Position numbers and translations under genes: made by a program. Source: a virus (taxonomy: Duplodnaviria; Heunggongvirae; Uroviricota; Caudoviricetes). Taken from it: 60,323 nt of DNA. The stretch's first letter is position 1. The number at the start of each line of letters is the position of its first letter. Location of the stretch: positions 128,001 through 188,323 of the IMG/VR virus record IMGVR_UViG_3300031555_003801. One strand, written 5' to 3'. Below are positions 30,584 to 41,382 of this stretch, piece by piece. A model generated the notes under the pieces. It had not been told where the DNA came from and searched no databases. It worked only from the letters and a program-made list of their open reading frames with translations.

Positions 30584-30737
30584 TGAAAAGATATAGCGCC
30601 TATTGCACTATTCCACTTTTTATCGAAGCAAATAATGATGATGAAGCATATGATATAATTAAAGATCTGTTTAATTCAGGTAATATTGATTATAGTTTTG
30701 TAAATACAGTAGATTTATATTGTGAGGAGGAATAAAT

Positions 30738-31160
30738 ATGGGTTTAGATAATGGAATTATATTTCGTCCTCGTAATAACAAAATAAAAGTGCCTAAAAGA
30801 ATTGAAAGACTTCCTCATATTGTGCCAGGCGGCATCTATGAAGTAGCGTATTGGCGCAGATATTGGGCACTTAGAGGCGATATTATGGCATATATGCCAA
30901 AAGAAAAAGAAAAATTAGAAGGCTTTGGTTCCGTATATCGAATTGCGGACAAGGCTAGTCTTGAATCTATCTATAAAATAGTAAAAAATGTATATAAAAA
31001 TCCAAAGAACTTCCGAAAATCTAATACAGATTATTGGTGGTTTGGGACATGGCATTACTTTAAATTTAATATCTGGCAAGGTATTAAAATGATTAGAAAT
31101 ATTAAATGGGCAATTAAGCACTTTGAAGATGTGGAGGTTTTTTTCTATGATTCATATTGA
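30738..31160 (+). CDS. Hypothetical phage protein (MGLD...YWRR...YDSY type)
   Basis: GGAGG RBS. Confidence 0.7.
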   Translation: MGLDNGIIFRPRNNKIKVPKRIERLPHIVPGGIYEVAYWRRYWALRGDIMAYMPKEKEKLEGFGSVYRIADKASLESIYKIVKNVYKNPKNFRKSNTDYWWFGTWHYFKFNIWQGIKMIRNIKWAIKHFEDVEVFFYDSY

Positions 31161-31500
31161 AGATATTTTAATTTTAAAAGGAGTTAAGGGCACTGATAAA
31201 ATTGTTGAATCTTTATGTAGTGACCATTTAAATAACATTGTGTTTTCTTATGCGGCTGCGCCGATTCAGATGCTCCACAATTCTGTGCATGTAAATTCTA
31301 ATAAGCATAAGTCTCTCGCAAACTTTATGGCATACATGGATATTTCTCTAGATGAATTTATCGAAGGCGGTAAGCATTATGATTATTTAATTATCTATAC
31401 ACCAGAACTTCCAGAAGCAAATATTATGGATGCTGTTAAAGATTGGCTGGTTGAAGAAGAATTAAATATTGAACAGGTTATTGTTGTTTGTCAGCCTTAA
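31147..31500 (+). CDS. Hypothetical protein
   Basis: GGAGG RBS. Confidence 0.65.
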   Translation: MIHIEDILILKGVKGTDKIVESLCSDHLNNIVFSYAAAPIQMLHNSVHVNSNKHKSLANFMAYMDISLDEFIEGGKHYDYLIIYTPELPEANIMDAVKDWLVEEELNIEQVIVVCQP

Positions 31501-31514
31501 TAAGGAGTGATTAT

Positions 31515-31880
31515 ATGTATTTGCTTAGTGAAAGTAAAATGCGGGCTTTGGCTCAGAGCGCACTTAAACTAGACGCATTGGAACAGGAAGGCGTGTACGA
31601 ATGGCCTTCTTATTGGGATGCGATGGTTGATTATAATATAATGGAATATGATGAAAAAGAAGATTGTTATGAATACACTTCTAAGGTTGATGAATTGATG
31701 GATACATATAATGTTGAAGTCCCAATTATTAATGACCTTTTGGATTTAATGAGTTTAATCGATCATAAAATTGATATTTATGAGCAGAAGACAACACAAT
31801 TTGCGGATGGGGTACAGTCGGCTCTTATCTTTGTTAAAGTAAAATTGGAGGAGATTGTAAATGGAACTGAATATAAATAA
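31515..31880 (+). CDS. Hypothetical protein
   Basis: AAGGAG RBS. Confidence 0.65.
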   Translation: MYLLSESKMRALAQSALKLDALEQEGVYEWPSYWDAMVDYNIMEYDEKEDCYEYTSKVDELMDTYNVEVPIINDLLDLMSLIDHKIDIYEQKTTQFADGVQSALIFVKVKLEEIVNGTEYK

Positions 31881-32331
31881 AGAATTTGTAGACGCTATTG
31901 CTGAAAAGTTTGGTATGTTCATTGACTGGACTTCCGATAATGTTGTTCCACAAATAATAGATATCTTAATGAGATATAGAACATATGAATTATTTTCTAA
32001 AGGTTTTGTATTAGCTATTTGGCTTTTTCTATTCATTACTGGTTTAATTATTTTAATAAAGATGATTAAAGGTTTTGATGATATTAGTTATGAAGATTTT
32101 CCAGATGGAAAAGCTCGTTATCAATATATTGATAAAGGATATTTTTCTTGGAAAACTGATTATCAAGGAGATATTTATCTTGAAGATATAACCGTTATAG
32201 GATTTGTTCGTTTAATATATGGAGCAGTAGCTACTATATTTGGCGGTGTTGGTTTTACTTGTGTAATTGGCACATTTATTAAATGGATTTTTATCCCAGA
32301 AATTATGTTTTATCAGTTAATAGTGGGGTAA
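31861..32331 (+). CDS. Membrane protein (two TM helices)
   Basis: Hydrophobic segments; GGAGGAG RBS. Confidence 0.65.
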   Translation: MELNINKEFVDAIAEKFGMFIDWTSDNVVPQIIDILMRYRTYELFSKGFVLAIWLFLFITGLIILIKMIKGFDDISYEDFPDGKARYQYIDKGYFSWKTDYQGDIYLEDITVIGFVRLIYGAVATIFGGVGFTCVIGTFIKWIFIPEIMFYQLIVG

Positions 32332-32604
32332 TAATATGAAGTGTCCTTTTAGAAAAATTATTTCAACAACCAAAGAATTAAGAGAAGATGGTATAATAAT
32401 TGACGAAGCAACAACAGAAGTTTTTGCGGAATGTTTAAAAGATGAGTGTCCTGCTTATTATTCGATGGGAACTATTCCTTGTGCATTAATTGAACATAGA
32501 ATAAGACATATTTAAGAGAGATAAAATTATCTCTCTTTTATTTTTTTAAAAAAATATGATATAATATTATATAAAGAAAAATAAATAGAAAGGAATTGAA
32601 TCTT

Positions 32605-32997
32605 ATGATGACACCAGCTGAACAGGTTAACCTATTTTTATCTATTATTGAAGATTATAGAAGAGAGAATCAGAGATTACATGGAGTAATTGATTCTTAT
32701 AAAGAAGAAACAAGTGATTATTACAATGAAAATAATGCTTTATTTAAGGAAAATGTTAATTTAAAGAATCTTAATATTTCTTTAGAAGAAGAAAATGGTG
32801 AATTAAAAAACAAAGTTGAAGGTCTTTTAGATGAAACCTATTCTCTTGAAGCTGAATTAAGAACTTATGAAAGAGATAATCTTGAATATGAAAGCGAAAT
32901 TGCTGAACTGGAATCTGAAATTGTTACTTTAAAAAATATTATTGATGACTTAAATGGTAAGTTAGACGAATATTATAGTGACGAGGAGCTTAAATAA
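32605..32997 (+). CDS. Coiled-coil protein
   Basis: Heptad L/E/N pattern. Confidence 0.7.
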   Translation: MMTPAEQVNLFLSIIEDYRRENQRLHGVIDSYKEETSDYYNENNALFKENVNLKNLNISLEEENGELKNKVEGLLDETYSLEAELRTYERDNLEYESEIAELESEIVTLKNIIDDLNGKLDEYYSDEELK

Positions 32998-32998
32998 A

Positions 32999-33811
32999 AT
33001 GAAGACTGAATATGGTACCGGTGAAATTGTTTTATTACAAACTTTAGATTATTTTCGCCAAAGGACAATAGAACTTGAAGGAGAGCTTTATCAAGCTAAT
33101 GAACTTAATAAATATTATGAAACTCTTCATAAAGATTATGTTCAGAAGTGCGCAGAATATAATGCTTTAAATAAAACTTATGAAGCTTTTAATGAGGATT
33201 TTAATAAAATGTGCAAAGAACGTGATGCTGCAATAACTGAAGCAAATTATTTGCATGAAAATTATAAAAAGTTAGAAGAAGAATATGAAGAATTAGAAAA
33301 AGATTATAACGATCTTCGTAAAAAAGCAAAGAAATTACAGACAGAAAATGATCAGCACGTACGTGAATGGTCTGAACAATATACTGAAAAGAAAATTGCA
33401 GAAAGACTTGCTACCGATATGGAAAATAATTATCAGAATCTTTTAAAAGATTATGATGAATTATATGAAGAAAATATTAAATTAAAACAGGCTCTTGATA
33501 TGAGAATGACTGAATGTGATAAATTAAAGGGTGAAAAAGAAAGTATTGCTTATGAATTATCTTTGTTAAAAAACGACTATGATAAATTATACGAAGAAGA
33601 TGCTAAATTAAAGAAAGAATATGAAGCAACTTGGGTTAAAGTGGATATGTCAAAGATTGCTGATGCGATCGGAGGTCTTAATAAAGCAACAACACTTATT
33701 TCTTCCAAAGAAGCAGATGCTTTAAGATATATGCCTGATTGGGAAAGAGCAGGACATTGCGCATCACCCGCTCAGCAAGAAGTATGGGAAGAAAATCCTT
33801 ACTGGAGATAA
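32999..33811 (+). CDS. Coiled-coil protein
   Basis: Long heptad repeats (YxxLxxx). Confidence 0.7.
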   Translation: MKTEYGTGEIVLLQTLDYFRQRTIELEGELYQANELNKYYETLHKDYVQKCAEYNALNKTYEAFNEDFNKMCKERDAAITEANYLHENYKKLEEEYEELEKDYNDLRKKAKKLQTENDQHVREWSEQYTEKKIAERLATDMENNYQNLLKDYDELYEENIKLKQALDMRMTECDKLKGEKESIAYELSLLKNDYDKLYEEDAKLKKEYEATWVKVDMSKIADAIGGLNKATTLISSKEADALRYMPDWERAGHCASPAQQEVWEENPYWR

Positions 33812-33967
33812 CATGAATTAAAATGTAATATTTTTGTTTCTATTCTTATTACTATAGGTTAGAAGAAAGCAGGTTACTAATGGAATTTATAATAGCTTAT
33901 ATATTAGGAATGTTAATGTCTATTCCTATTTGTTTTTTGATAGATATTAAAAGAAAGGAGTTTTGGG

Positions 33968-34756
33968 ATGATGACAACAGATAAAAGATTTCTTGAGCAT
34001 GTTGAAGAAGCATATTCAATTCATGGTAATAAGGCTTTAATGGTTGCGCTTCAGGGTTCACAGAACTATGGTTTAGCTTATGAAGATTCTGACGTAGATA
34101 CCAAGGCTCTGATTGTTCCTACATTTGAAGACATTGTCTTTAATAAGAGACCTGTTTCTACTACTCATGTAAGAGAAAATGATGAACACATTGATTTCAA
34201 AGATGTGCGGCTCATGGTTCAATCATGGCGCAAGCAGAATATTAACTTCGTAGAAGTGTTATTTACTGATTGGATGTGGGTAAATCCTAAGTATGAGCAG
34301 CCAGTTAAGACTCTTATTGATAATTCTGAATTAGTTGCGAGATATAATCCTTATCTTGCGGTTAAATGTATGAAAGGTATGGCTCTTGAAAAGTATCATG
34401 CTCTTGAACATCCTTACCCAAGCAAGGTAGATGTGCTCGCACAAAATGGATACGACCCAAAACAACTTCATCACATTTTCCGCATGAAAGATTTCTTATG
34501 GAAGTATATTGCCGAAGAATCATATGTTGATTGTTTAAAAGCAACTGATCCAGAGTGGTTAATTGAAGTTAAAAAAGGTAAATACTCTCTTGATGATGCG
34601 AGATTTTTGGCTGCGGAAAATGTAAAAATTATTTCTGATGCCGCAGATATCTATTGCGAAAAGATTGAAAATAAATGTAATCCAGAAGCAGAAGAAATAT
34701 TAAATAATTTTGTTTATGATGTAATGAAGATTGCTATGAAGGAGGAATTAAAGTGA
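33968..34756 (+). CDS. Pol-beta-superfamily nucleotidyltransferase
   Basis: QGSQNYGLAYEDSDVDTK motif; YDPKQLHHIFR. Confidence 0.8.
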   Translation: MMTTDKRFLEHVEEAYSIHGNKALMVALQGSQNYGLAYEDSDVDTKALIVPTFEDIVFNKRPVSTTHVRENDEHIDFKDVRLMVQSWRKQNINFVEVLFTDWMWVNPKYEQPVKTLIDNSELVARYNPYLAVKCMKGMALEKYHALEHPYPSKVDVLAQNGYDPKQLHHIFRMKDFLWKYIAEESYVDCLKATDPEWLIEVKKGKYSLDDARFLAAENVKIISDAADIYCEKIENKCNPEAEEILNNFVYDVMKIAMKEELK

Positions 34757-35580
34757 TAAAAAACTACATAATTACCGGTGATACTCATGGTGTCTTCACT
34801 GATAGGCTTATTCAGATTAGAGAGGCGGGTTATTGGGGTAAAGAAGACGAAACTGCAATCATTGTTCTTGGTGATGCTGGTGTAGATTATTATCTTGATG
34901 GTCGAGATAAAAAATTAAAGAAAGAATTACAAGAATCCGGTTTTACATTTTATTTACTTCGTGGTAATCACGAGGCAAGACCATCTAATATACCAGGAAT
35001 GGTTCAAGAATATGATGGTGAAGTAAATAATATTGTATGGGTTCATCCAGATTATCCCGCAATCAGATATTTCATTGATGGTGAATTATATCTTATTAAA
35101 AATCATTTAGTTCTTACTATTGGCGGCGCTTATTCGGTTGATAAATATTATAGATTATCAAAGGGTTGGAGATGGTTCGAGAATGAACAGTTAAGTCCAG
35201 AAGAAAGAGAGAAGATTGCGGCCAAGGTTGCGAATTTGAGTGTTGATTTTGTTTTCACTCATACCTGTCCTGCGCAATATGAACCTCGTGATTTATTTTT
35301 ACCAATGGTAGATCAGAGCACCGTAGATAAATCTATGGAATTTTGGTTTGATGAAATTATGGATACCTTTGACTGGCATATCTGGCTTTGGGGCCACTAT
35401 CACCAGGATCGTTTAGAGCGTCCGCATATGGAAATGCTTTTTAGAAGATTCTATGAGATTGATGAAATTCATGAACGTCATAGAGATTTGGATTATAGAT
35501 ATATGCTGAAAAGTCCTAATTTCTATATAAATGATTGTTGTTATGGATATAGATTATTACAACAGAAGGGAGTAAAATAA
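34753..35580 (+). CDS. Calcineurin-like metallophosphoesterase
   Basis: GDTHG, LGDAG, RGNHE, THTCP, GHYH. Confidence 0.9.
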   Translation: MIKNYIITGDTHGVFTDRLIQIREAGYWGKEDETAIIVLGDAGVDYYLDGRDKKLKKELQESGFTFYLLRGNHEARPSNIPGMVQEYDGEVNNIVWVHPDYPAIRYFIDGELYLIKNHLVLTIGGAYSVDKYYRLSKGWRWFENEQLSPEEREKIAAKVANLSVDFVFTHTCPAQYEPRDLFLPMVDQSTVDKSMEFWFDEIMDTFDWHIWLWGHYHQDRLERPHMEMLFRRFYEIDEIHERHRDLDYRYMLKSPNFYINDCCYGYRLLQQKGVK

Positions 35581-35829
35581 TGGATATACATGCTATTATT
35601 ATTTCAGTTTTATGGATTCTTTGTGGCGTTATGTATGGTATTCAGCAATATAGAGGAATTGCTCCATCTTGGACTCAGTTGTGGGTATTATATATTTGTT
35701 ATATGATTTCCGTTGTAGTTCCAGTTTGTGCGTCATATTTTATATAATTATGAGAAATTTATATGCGTTAGTATTTTGGTGTTTTATACTTGCGAGCGCA
35801 GGTATAATGCTTTTAAAGGAGAAGATTAA

Positions 35830-36153
35830 ATGTTATCTTATATAATTCTTGCCTATTTTATAACTGACGTTAGTTTTGGTATATCATTTGCTATATTTAC
35901 TGCTACTGATTATTCAGTAGATAAATCAGTATGGCATTATTATTTTCCTATTTTTCATTATTATAAAGATAAAGTATTAGGTCCATTGGGATGGATTTTA
36001 ACATGGAAAGATGTTAATTTCTTTGGAAAGTTATTTCCATTTATTACATTACTTCCTATGTATCCTTTCTATTTTATAGCTTATAGTGCCACATTTTTAA
36101 TATCCTTATTACCAGGTTTATATAAGTGGGTATTTAGAGTAAGGGAAAAATAA
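35830..36153 (+). CDS. Membrane protein
   Basis: Hydrophobic segments; AAGGAG RBS. Confidence 0.6.
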   Translation: MLSYIILAYFITDVSFGISFAIFTATDYSVDKSVWHYYFPIFHYYKDKVLGPLGWILTWKDVNFFGKLFPFITLLPMYPFYFIAYSATFLISLLPGLYKWVFRVREK

Positions 36154-36238
36154 AGTAGAGAAAAAATCTCTACTTTATTTTTTATAAAAAAAATGTTATA
36201 ATATATTATAAAGAAAAATAAGAAAGGAAATAACAAAT

Positions 36239-36493
36239 ATGAAGTACACATTTGCTCCGGTTATTGATATCCGTGAATTAGAAAAGGCATTGGAAACTCA
36301 GTATGATATTGATACTGATGATTTAAGAAGTATCTTATTTGGCGATTATTATTCTAATGATTGCTTTAAGAAATATTATTTCAGATCAAAGTGGGAAAGC
36401 GAAGAAGAAGAACCTATTGAAGTTTGCGTAAAGGCATTCTTACAGGATGTTTTTCCAGATAATGATTATGTTCTAATTGATGTATCTTGGTAA
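36239..36493 (+). CDS. Hypothetical acidic protein (distant family C-like)
   Basis: PVIDIRELE N-terminus; after promoter cassette. Confidence 0.65.
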   Translation: MKYTFAPVIDIRELEKALETQYDIDTDDLRSILFGDYYSNDCFKKYYFRSKWESEEEEPIEVCVKAFLQDVFPDNDYVLIDVSW

Positions 36494-36503
36494 AGGAGTA
36501 AAT

Positions 36504-36764
36504 ATGAAATTAAAAGAAGCGTGTGATATTGGTTATGCTTGCGGACTTAGCACTGTCGATGAAGCAGTTCGAAATATTAAAATTCATTGTTCTAATATTT
36601 TTTCTTATGCAGATATTGCATCAGAAGTATATGAACTTCATGAAGAAGCAAAACCTTATTTAAATAAAAATAAACATATCCTGGAATTATTTCCAGAGTT
36701 AAGAGAGAAGGAGGACGATTTTATTGTATGCACTGACAGCGAGATTTCTGAATCCGAGTGGTAA
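36504..36764 (+). CDS. Hypothetical protein
   Basis: AAGGAG RBS. Confidence 0.65.
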   Translation: MKLKEACDIGYACGLSTVDEAVRNIKIHCSNIFSYADIASEVYELHEEAKPYLNKNKHILELFPELREKEDDFIVCTDSEISESEW

Positions 36765-38106
36765 GTTATCCGAAAAGAGCTACATTTATCGAGTATCAGA
36801 TAAGATTTTTAGTGATATTAATGATACAGAATATTTTGCGGCACGGAACAGAAATGATGGTAAGTGGGTTTATAATTTCCCTACATGGGAAATGACCTGT
36901 GAAAGCAAGAGTAGATATCACAATTTTGTAATATTTACTAATGCAGAAGAAATTTCTGATAGTGCTTATCCGGATAGACCAAAGATTAAGAAAGCAGAAC
37001 TTCGAAATAAGCATAAGATTAATTTCGATGAAGATGATACTCCATTAGAAACTGTTGCAGTAATGGAAGTTAGTGATTTTCTTGATTTTTACTCCTTCGA
37101 TGATATAGTGGAGGATAATAGAAGTATGACACCAGCATGGTTTGGAAAAGGAGCACCATTAACATGTAATTGCGCAAATGAAAGTTCAACTTGGTATGTT
37201 GATGAGGCATATGCAACTGCTAGTTCAGCAGTAGAAAATCCTATCAATTTTTATGGAACGACAGCTACTGAAGTAGATTATAAGTTACCAGAAACAATTT
37301 CAACAAAGATTACAGTAGATCCAGATTCATTAAAAATTTCTTCTGATATAGATCCTTCTGTATTAAAGATTCAAAATGATGGTTTCTGGTCAAATGTAGC
37401 AATATCTGCGGAAACAGCAGCAGATTCAATTAAAGAATTAAAAGAAGCAGTAGATAATTTAAAATTAAGAGAGGAAAAGAGAAATATGAATATGAAGAGT
37501 ATTATGAAGGATTTTAATTTCGGTAAGGCAAGTGGCGTTAAGATGTCTATGTATGGTCCAGCATTCCAGTCTATGGATAATAGTGGCACTTCTGAATGGA
37601 TTGCTCTGGAAAAGAAGACTGGCGACTGGGTAGATGTAACTGCTCTGATGTTTGATATGGATATTCCATTCTACCAGATGCCTGTGCCAAAGGATAAGGT
37701 TACAGTAAATGATTTTATTAAGCACAATGGCACTTGGGTAAGAGTAATCGACTTTGATGAAAATACTGCATATCCTATCGTGGAAGATATCTTTAATAAG
37801 GAACAGAAGACAATTATTCCTACCAAGAGTCCATTCGGTTTTGATTTCTACACAAAGCTGGTTAATATCATGGGCGATATGAGTTTTAATACTTCTAAGG
37901 ATCAGCCATTCGGCAACATGCTGCCTTTCTTAATGCTGAATAATGGCAGTAAGATGACTGATATGCTGCCTATGATGATGCTGATGAATGGTGGTGAAAT
38001 GGATATGTCTAATCCAATGATGATGTTCGCACTGATGGGCGACAATAAGATGAATGATATGCTGCCATTTATGATGATGATGAATATGAATAAGGAAAAG
38101 AAGTAA
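36724..38106 (+). CDS. Hypothetical protein with Met-rich C-terminal repeats
   Basis: 460-aa ORF; tail of MLPFLML/MLPMMML/NPMMM units. Confidence 0.75.
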   Translation: MYALTARFLNPSGKLSEKSYIYRVSDKIFSDINDTEYFAARNRNDGKWVYNFPTWEMTCESKSRYHNFVIFTNAEEISDSAYPDRPKIKKAELRNKHKINFDEDDTPLETVAVMEVSDFLDFYSFDDIVEDNRSMTPAWFGKGAPLTCNCANESSTWYVDEAYATASSAVENPINFYGTTATEVDYKLPETISTKITVDPDSLKISSDIDPSVLKIQNDGFWSNVAISAETAADSIKELKEAVDNLKLREEKRNMNMKSIMKDFNFGKASGVKMSMYGPAFQSMDNSGTSEWIALEKKTGDWVDVTALMFDMDIPFYQMPVPKDKVTVNDFIKHNGTWVRVIDFDENTAYPIVEDIFNKEQKTIIPTKSPFGFDFYTKLVNIMGDMSFNTSKDQPFGNMLPFLMLNNGSKMTDMLPMMMLMNGGEMDMSNPMMMFALMGDNKMNDMLPFMMMMNMNKEKK

Positions 38107-38351
38107 TGTTTATTAGTAAAGATATTGAGTTTCATACACTAATGCGTTTCGGCTCATTAGTGTATGGAGACACATTTTTATTCGATGGCAATGTATATAT
38201 GAAAGCTGGCATTATTGATATGGATGAATTAGGTGAGATTAATTATTATCCTATTGCTATTCAATTAGAAGACGGTATTCAGGAAGAATTTGATGATGAA
38301 GTTGTCGTAGAAGTATTAAATTTAGAACTACATCCAAAGAGGGTTAATTAA
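38106..38351 (+). CDS. Hypothetical protein
   Basis: TAATG coupling. Confidence 0.6.
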   Translation: MFISKDIEFHTLMRFGSLVYGDTFLFDGNVYMKAGIIDMDELGEINYYPIAIQLEDGIQEEFDDEVVVEVLNLELHPKRVN

Positions 38352-38666
38352 ATGAAAATATGGATTGGTGAACCAGATCCGCAGAGTATTGCGTGGGTAT
38401 ATCACCCTTCGGCAAAAACTCAAGAGGATCAAGCAAGTTTAATTAAAATAATAGAGCATTATGGATATAATTCTTTTACAGTGGATCTTTATTCAGTAAA
38501 TGATTTATATTGGGTGAAAGAGCTTCACGCAGGAGCAGCATATCTCAAAAAAGAAACAGATATTCAGTTTCATATCAATGTCCATGTTCATGCGGATCGG
38601 CCAGATGTAATTGAATTTATTAACAATTCACCATATTTAGAATATGTCCCAATCGTAGGAATTTAA
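38352..38666 (+). CDS. Hypothetical protein
   Basis: Abuts previous stop. Confidence 0.6.
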   Translation: MKIWIGEPDPQSIAWVYHPSAKTQEDQASLIKIIEHYGYNSFTVDLYSVNDLYWVKELHAGAAYLKKETDIQFHINVHVHADRPDVIEFINNSPYLEYVPIVGI

Positions 38667-38751
38667 GGAGAGATTAAAAAATCTCTCCTTTATTTTTTTA
38701 TAAAAATATGTTATAATATTATATAAAGAAAAATAAGAGAGGAATTAAAGA

Positions 38752-39180
38752 ATGTCAAGAGTTCATTGGGATTCAAAAAACTATATAGCTCGCATAGAAG
38801 AAAAACTTGATAATGGTCAAACGATTGAATTATCTATGAGTGAATGGTATTGGAATGATGATACAGTTTATTTTAACACTTGTTTATCTTTATATTCCAA
38901 AAGAAAGCAAGCTAGGGAAAATGAAGATGCGATTCGCACTACCGGTAAAGATACATTCCTTACTACTTGGCGATGGACAAAGCAAGCATTTTTTGAATTA
39001 GAAAAATGGATTATCGAACGCTTTGATTATGTAAATATAGTTATTTATGTAAATTGGGCAGATAATAGAAGAAGAGATATTTATTATCATTTCTTATCAA
39101 GACATGGCTATCAGTATGGTAGAGACTTAGATGGTCATAAAGTTATTTATAAAAAGGTGAAAATGAATGGAGAAACTTGA
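38752..39180 (+). CDS. Hypothetical protein
   Basis: After promoter cassette; GAGG RBS. Confidence 0.7.
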   Translation: MSRVHWDSKNYIARIEEKLDNGQTIELSMSEWYWNDDTVYFNTCLSLYSKRKQARENEDAIRTTGKDTFLTTWRWTKQAFFELEKWIIERFDYVNIVIYVNWADNRRRDIYYHFLSRHGYQYGRDLDGHKVIYKKVKMNGET

Positions 39181-39475
39181 TATTTATAAAGGATTAAAAT
39201 GTTGTGCTGAATTTTTATGCGGAGAATGTCCTTATCAAATCTATGATAATGATCATTATAAACTTCGTTGTATTCATAAGTTAATTGTTGATTTAAATAA
39301 TGTTATAGGAGTTGATTAATATGAAAATTAAAGCATACGCAGAATATGGTTGGGTTAATACTAATGATGAATGTATTATTGAAGTAGATGATGATGCTAC
39401 TGACGCAGAAATTGAAGAAGCTGTATGGGAATGGGCTATTGAAAGGGTAGGAACTAATTGGGAAAGGATAGAATA

Positions 39476-39706
39476 ATGTCTAAATGGTATTTTAAAGATA
39501 AAGATAGAATTTTAATGATTCTCTATGTCGAATATGATAAATTTGTTTTTGAAGTAGAGTTTCCCGAAGATTTAATTTTCAGAACTCCATTAGAAGAAAT
39601 TCTTTGTTATGGAATTGAAGAAGCTTTAATGGATCGATGTGAAGACTTTGAAAAGTTTAAGAAATTTTTTATTAATGATTATCATTTTGAAAAGGCGGTA
39701 GAATGA
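39476..39706 (+). CDS. Hypothetical protein (paralog of the next ORF)
   Basis: KWYFKDKD...ILCYGI...FFINDYHFEKAVE. Confidence 0.65.
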   Translation: MSKWYFKDKDRILMILYVEYDKFVFEVEFPEDLIFRTPLEEILCYGIEEALMDRCEDFEKFKKFFINDYHFEKAVE

Positions 39707-39933
39707 TGGAAAAATGGTGGTTTAAAAACAAAGATAAAAAATTAATGTTATTTTATGTTAAAGATAATCAAGTAATTACTTGGGAAGAAGGTCCTGATTA
39801 TCCTTATGAAATCTCTTTATTAAGAATATTATGCTTAGGTATTGGCACCGATTTATATGGTGCTGGAAAACCTTTTACTGAATATAAAGAGTTTTTTATC
39901 GAGGGTTTTCATTTTGAAAAGGTGGTGGAATAA
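39703..39933 (+). CDS. Hypothetical protein (paralog of the previous ORF)
   Basis: KWWFKNKD...ILCLGI...FFIEGFHFEKVVE. Confidence 0.65.
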   Translation: MMEKWWFKNKDKKLMLFYVKDNQVITWEEGPDYPYEISLLRILCLGIGTDLYGAGKPFTEYKEFFIEGFHFEKVVE

Positions 39934-40176
39934 ATGTTAATTAGAGAAATTAATCATTATCCAGAAATGAAAACTAAAAGTGCTACTGTTGAATTAACCT
40001 ATGATGAACTCAGAGATATTTCAAATGCTCTTTATGAATGTAGTAAAACCCATGATAAATATCATCAAACACGAACAAGAATATTTTATTTATTTGAAAT
40101 AGTAAAAAATGGTAATCTTGATTGTTGGGCAATTAAAAAACTTTATGAAATGACTCATCTAGGAGAAGAAGAATGA
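39934..40176 (+). CDS. Hypothetical protein
   Basis: Abuts previous stop. Confidence 0.6.
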   Translation: MLIREINHYPEMKTKSATVELTYDELRDISNALYECSKTHDKYHQTRTRIFYLFEIVKNGNLDCWAIKKLYEMTHLGEEE

Positions 40177-40321
40177 TAGGCGTTGTGATTGCGGAATTGG
40201 CGGTTGTAGGAACCGCATGGATAGTTATAAAAGTAATAAAGTTGGGAGCATAACTTCCAACTTTATTTTTTTATAAAAATATGATATAATATATTATAAT
40301 AAAAAATAAAGAGGTAAATTT

Positions 40322-40564
40322 ATGGTAAGAAGTGTAAAATGTCCGGTATGTGGTATAGAAATTAAGTATGATGATTCTTTAAATATAGAAAATGAATATA
40401 ATGACTATTCTACCACTTTGACTTATGATAACGGAGAAAAGTTAAATATCCATGCCAAGTATGTTCAATGTCCGGAGTGCGCCTCTGATGTAGATGTTGC
40501 CGCACTAAATATTCGTTTAAATCCAGAAGGTAAAAGAATGAGTATGGAGGTTATTTATTACTAA
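40322..40564 (+). CDS. Zn-ribbon protein
   Basis: CPVCG...CPEC. Confidence 0.65.
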   Translation: MVRSVKCPVCGIEIKYDDSLNIENEYNDYSTTLTYDNGEKLNIHAKYVQCPECASDVDVAALNIRLNPEGKRMSMEVIYY

Positions 40565-40694
40565 TGTATTTTTTATTTGAAAAATGTGATGCTGAGAAGG
40601 GTCAGCAATTCGTTATTGCGGAAAATGTTGATGAAGCTGAATATTTATTTGGCGGAATTGATGAAGAAGATGCTATTATGAACGGAGAAGAATA

Positions 40695-41111
40695 ATGTAT
40701 TACACAGCACCATCATTCACTAACTTTGAAAAAGTAAGTGAGCCGTATGAAAAGAATAAGAAAATGTATGTCGATGTGAAGCATCCTAATACTGGGAATG
40801 TGCGCAGCGTGCGACTTTATACTGAAATTGAATTTCGTAAAGCATATGGCGGCAGCGCTGGTTCTGCGAGCGCAGAGGCGCCAAAACGGCATCTTGGTGC
40901 TGTGGACCTCAAAAAGGCCCGCAGATTCTCTGCGGGTCCTATCACTCTTATTACTACGAAAGATAAAGAATTTTTAAGTAAATCAAATGCTCGTTATGCT
41001 TGCGACGTTGGTTGGTATTTTGTATCAACTGAAGAAATCCCCGCACTACCGAGTGACGCAAAAACAAAGTTAATGACTTGGGAGGAATTCAATGGTAAAA
41101 GTAAAATGTAG
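40695..41111 (+). CDS. Hypothetical protein
   Basis: GGAG RBS. Confidence 0.7.
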   Translation: MYYTAPSFTNFEKVSEPYEKNKKMYVDVKHPNTGNVRSVRLYTEIEFRKAYGGSAGSASAEAPKRHLGAVDLKKARRFSAGPITLITTKDKEFLSKSNARYACDVGWYFVSTEEIPALPSDAKTKLMTWEEFNGKSKM

Positions 41112-41382
41112 TTTTTACATGAAAAATGGTATGACGATTTCCGCAATTGCGACTATAGATTCACAAGAAGAACTTGATGAAGAAATTGAAAAAAAGCAAG
41201 AACATTTTGAAAATGTTTGGTTTCATGATAGAAAAGGGATCGTTGGTTGGGGAAATACAACTATTAAATCCGAAGAATGTATTGGATATAATTTTGAAAT
41301 AGTAGAAGAATTTGAAGAAGAAGATTCAATTGAACCAGTTTCTGTTGATGATATTCTGAAAGGAGCATTTTTTAATGGCTAA
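41092..41382 (+). CDS. Hypothetical protein
   Basis: GGAGG RBS. Confidence 0.65.
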   Translation: MVKVKCSFYMKNGMTISAIATIDSQEELDEEIEKKQEHFENVWFHDRKGIVGWGNTTIKSEECIGYNFEIVEEFEEEDSIEPVSVDDILKGAFFNG

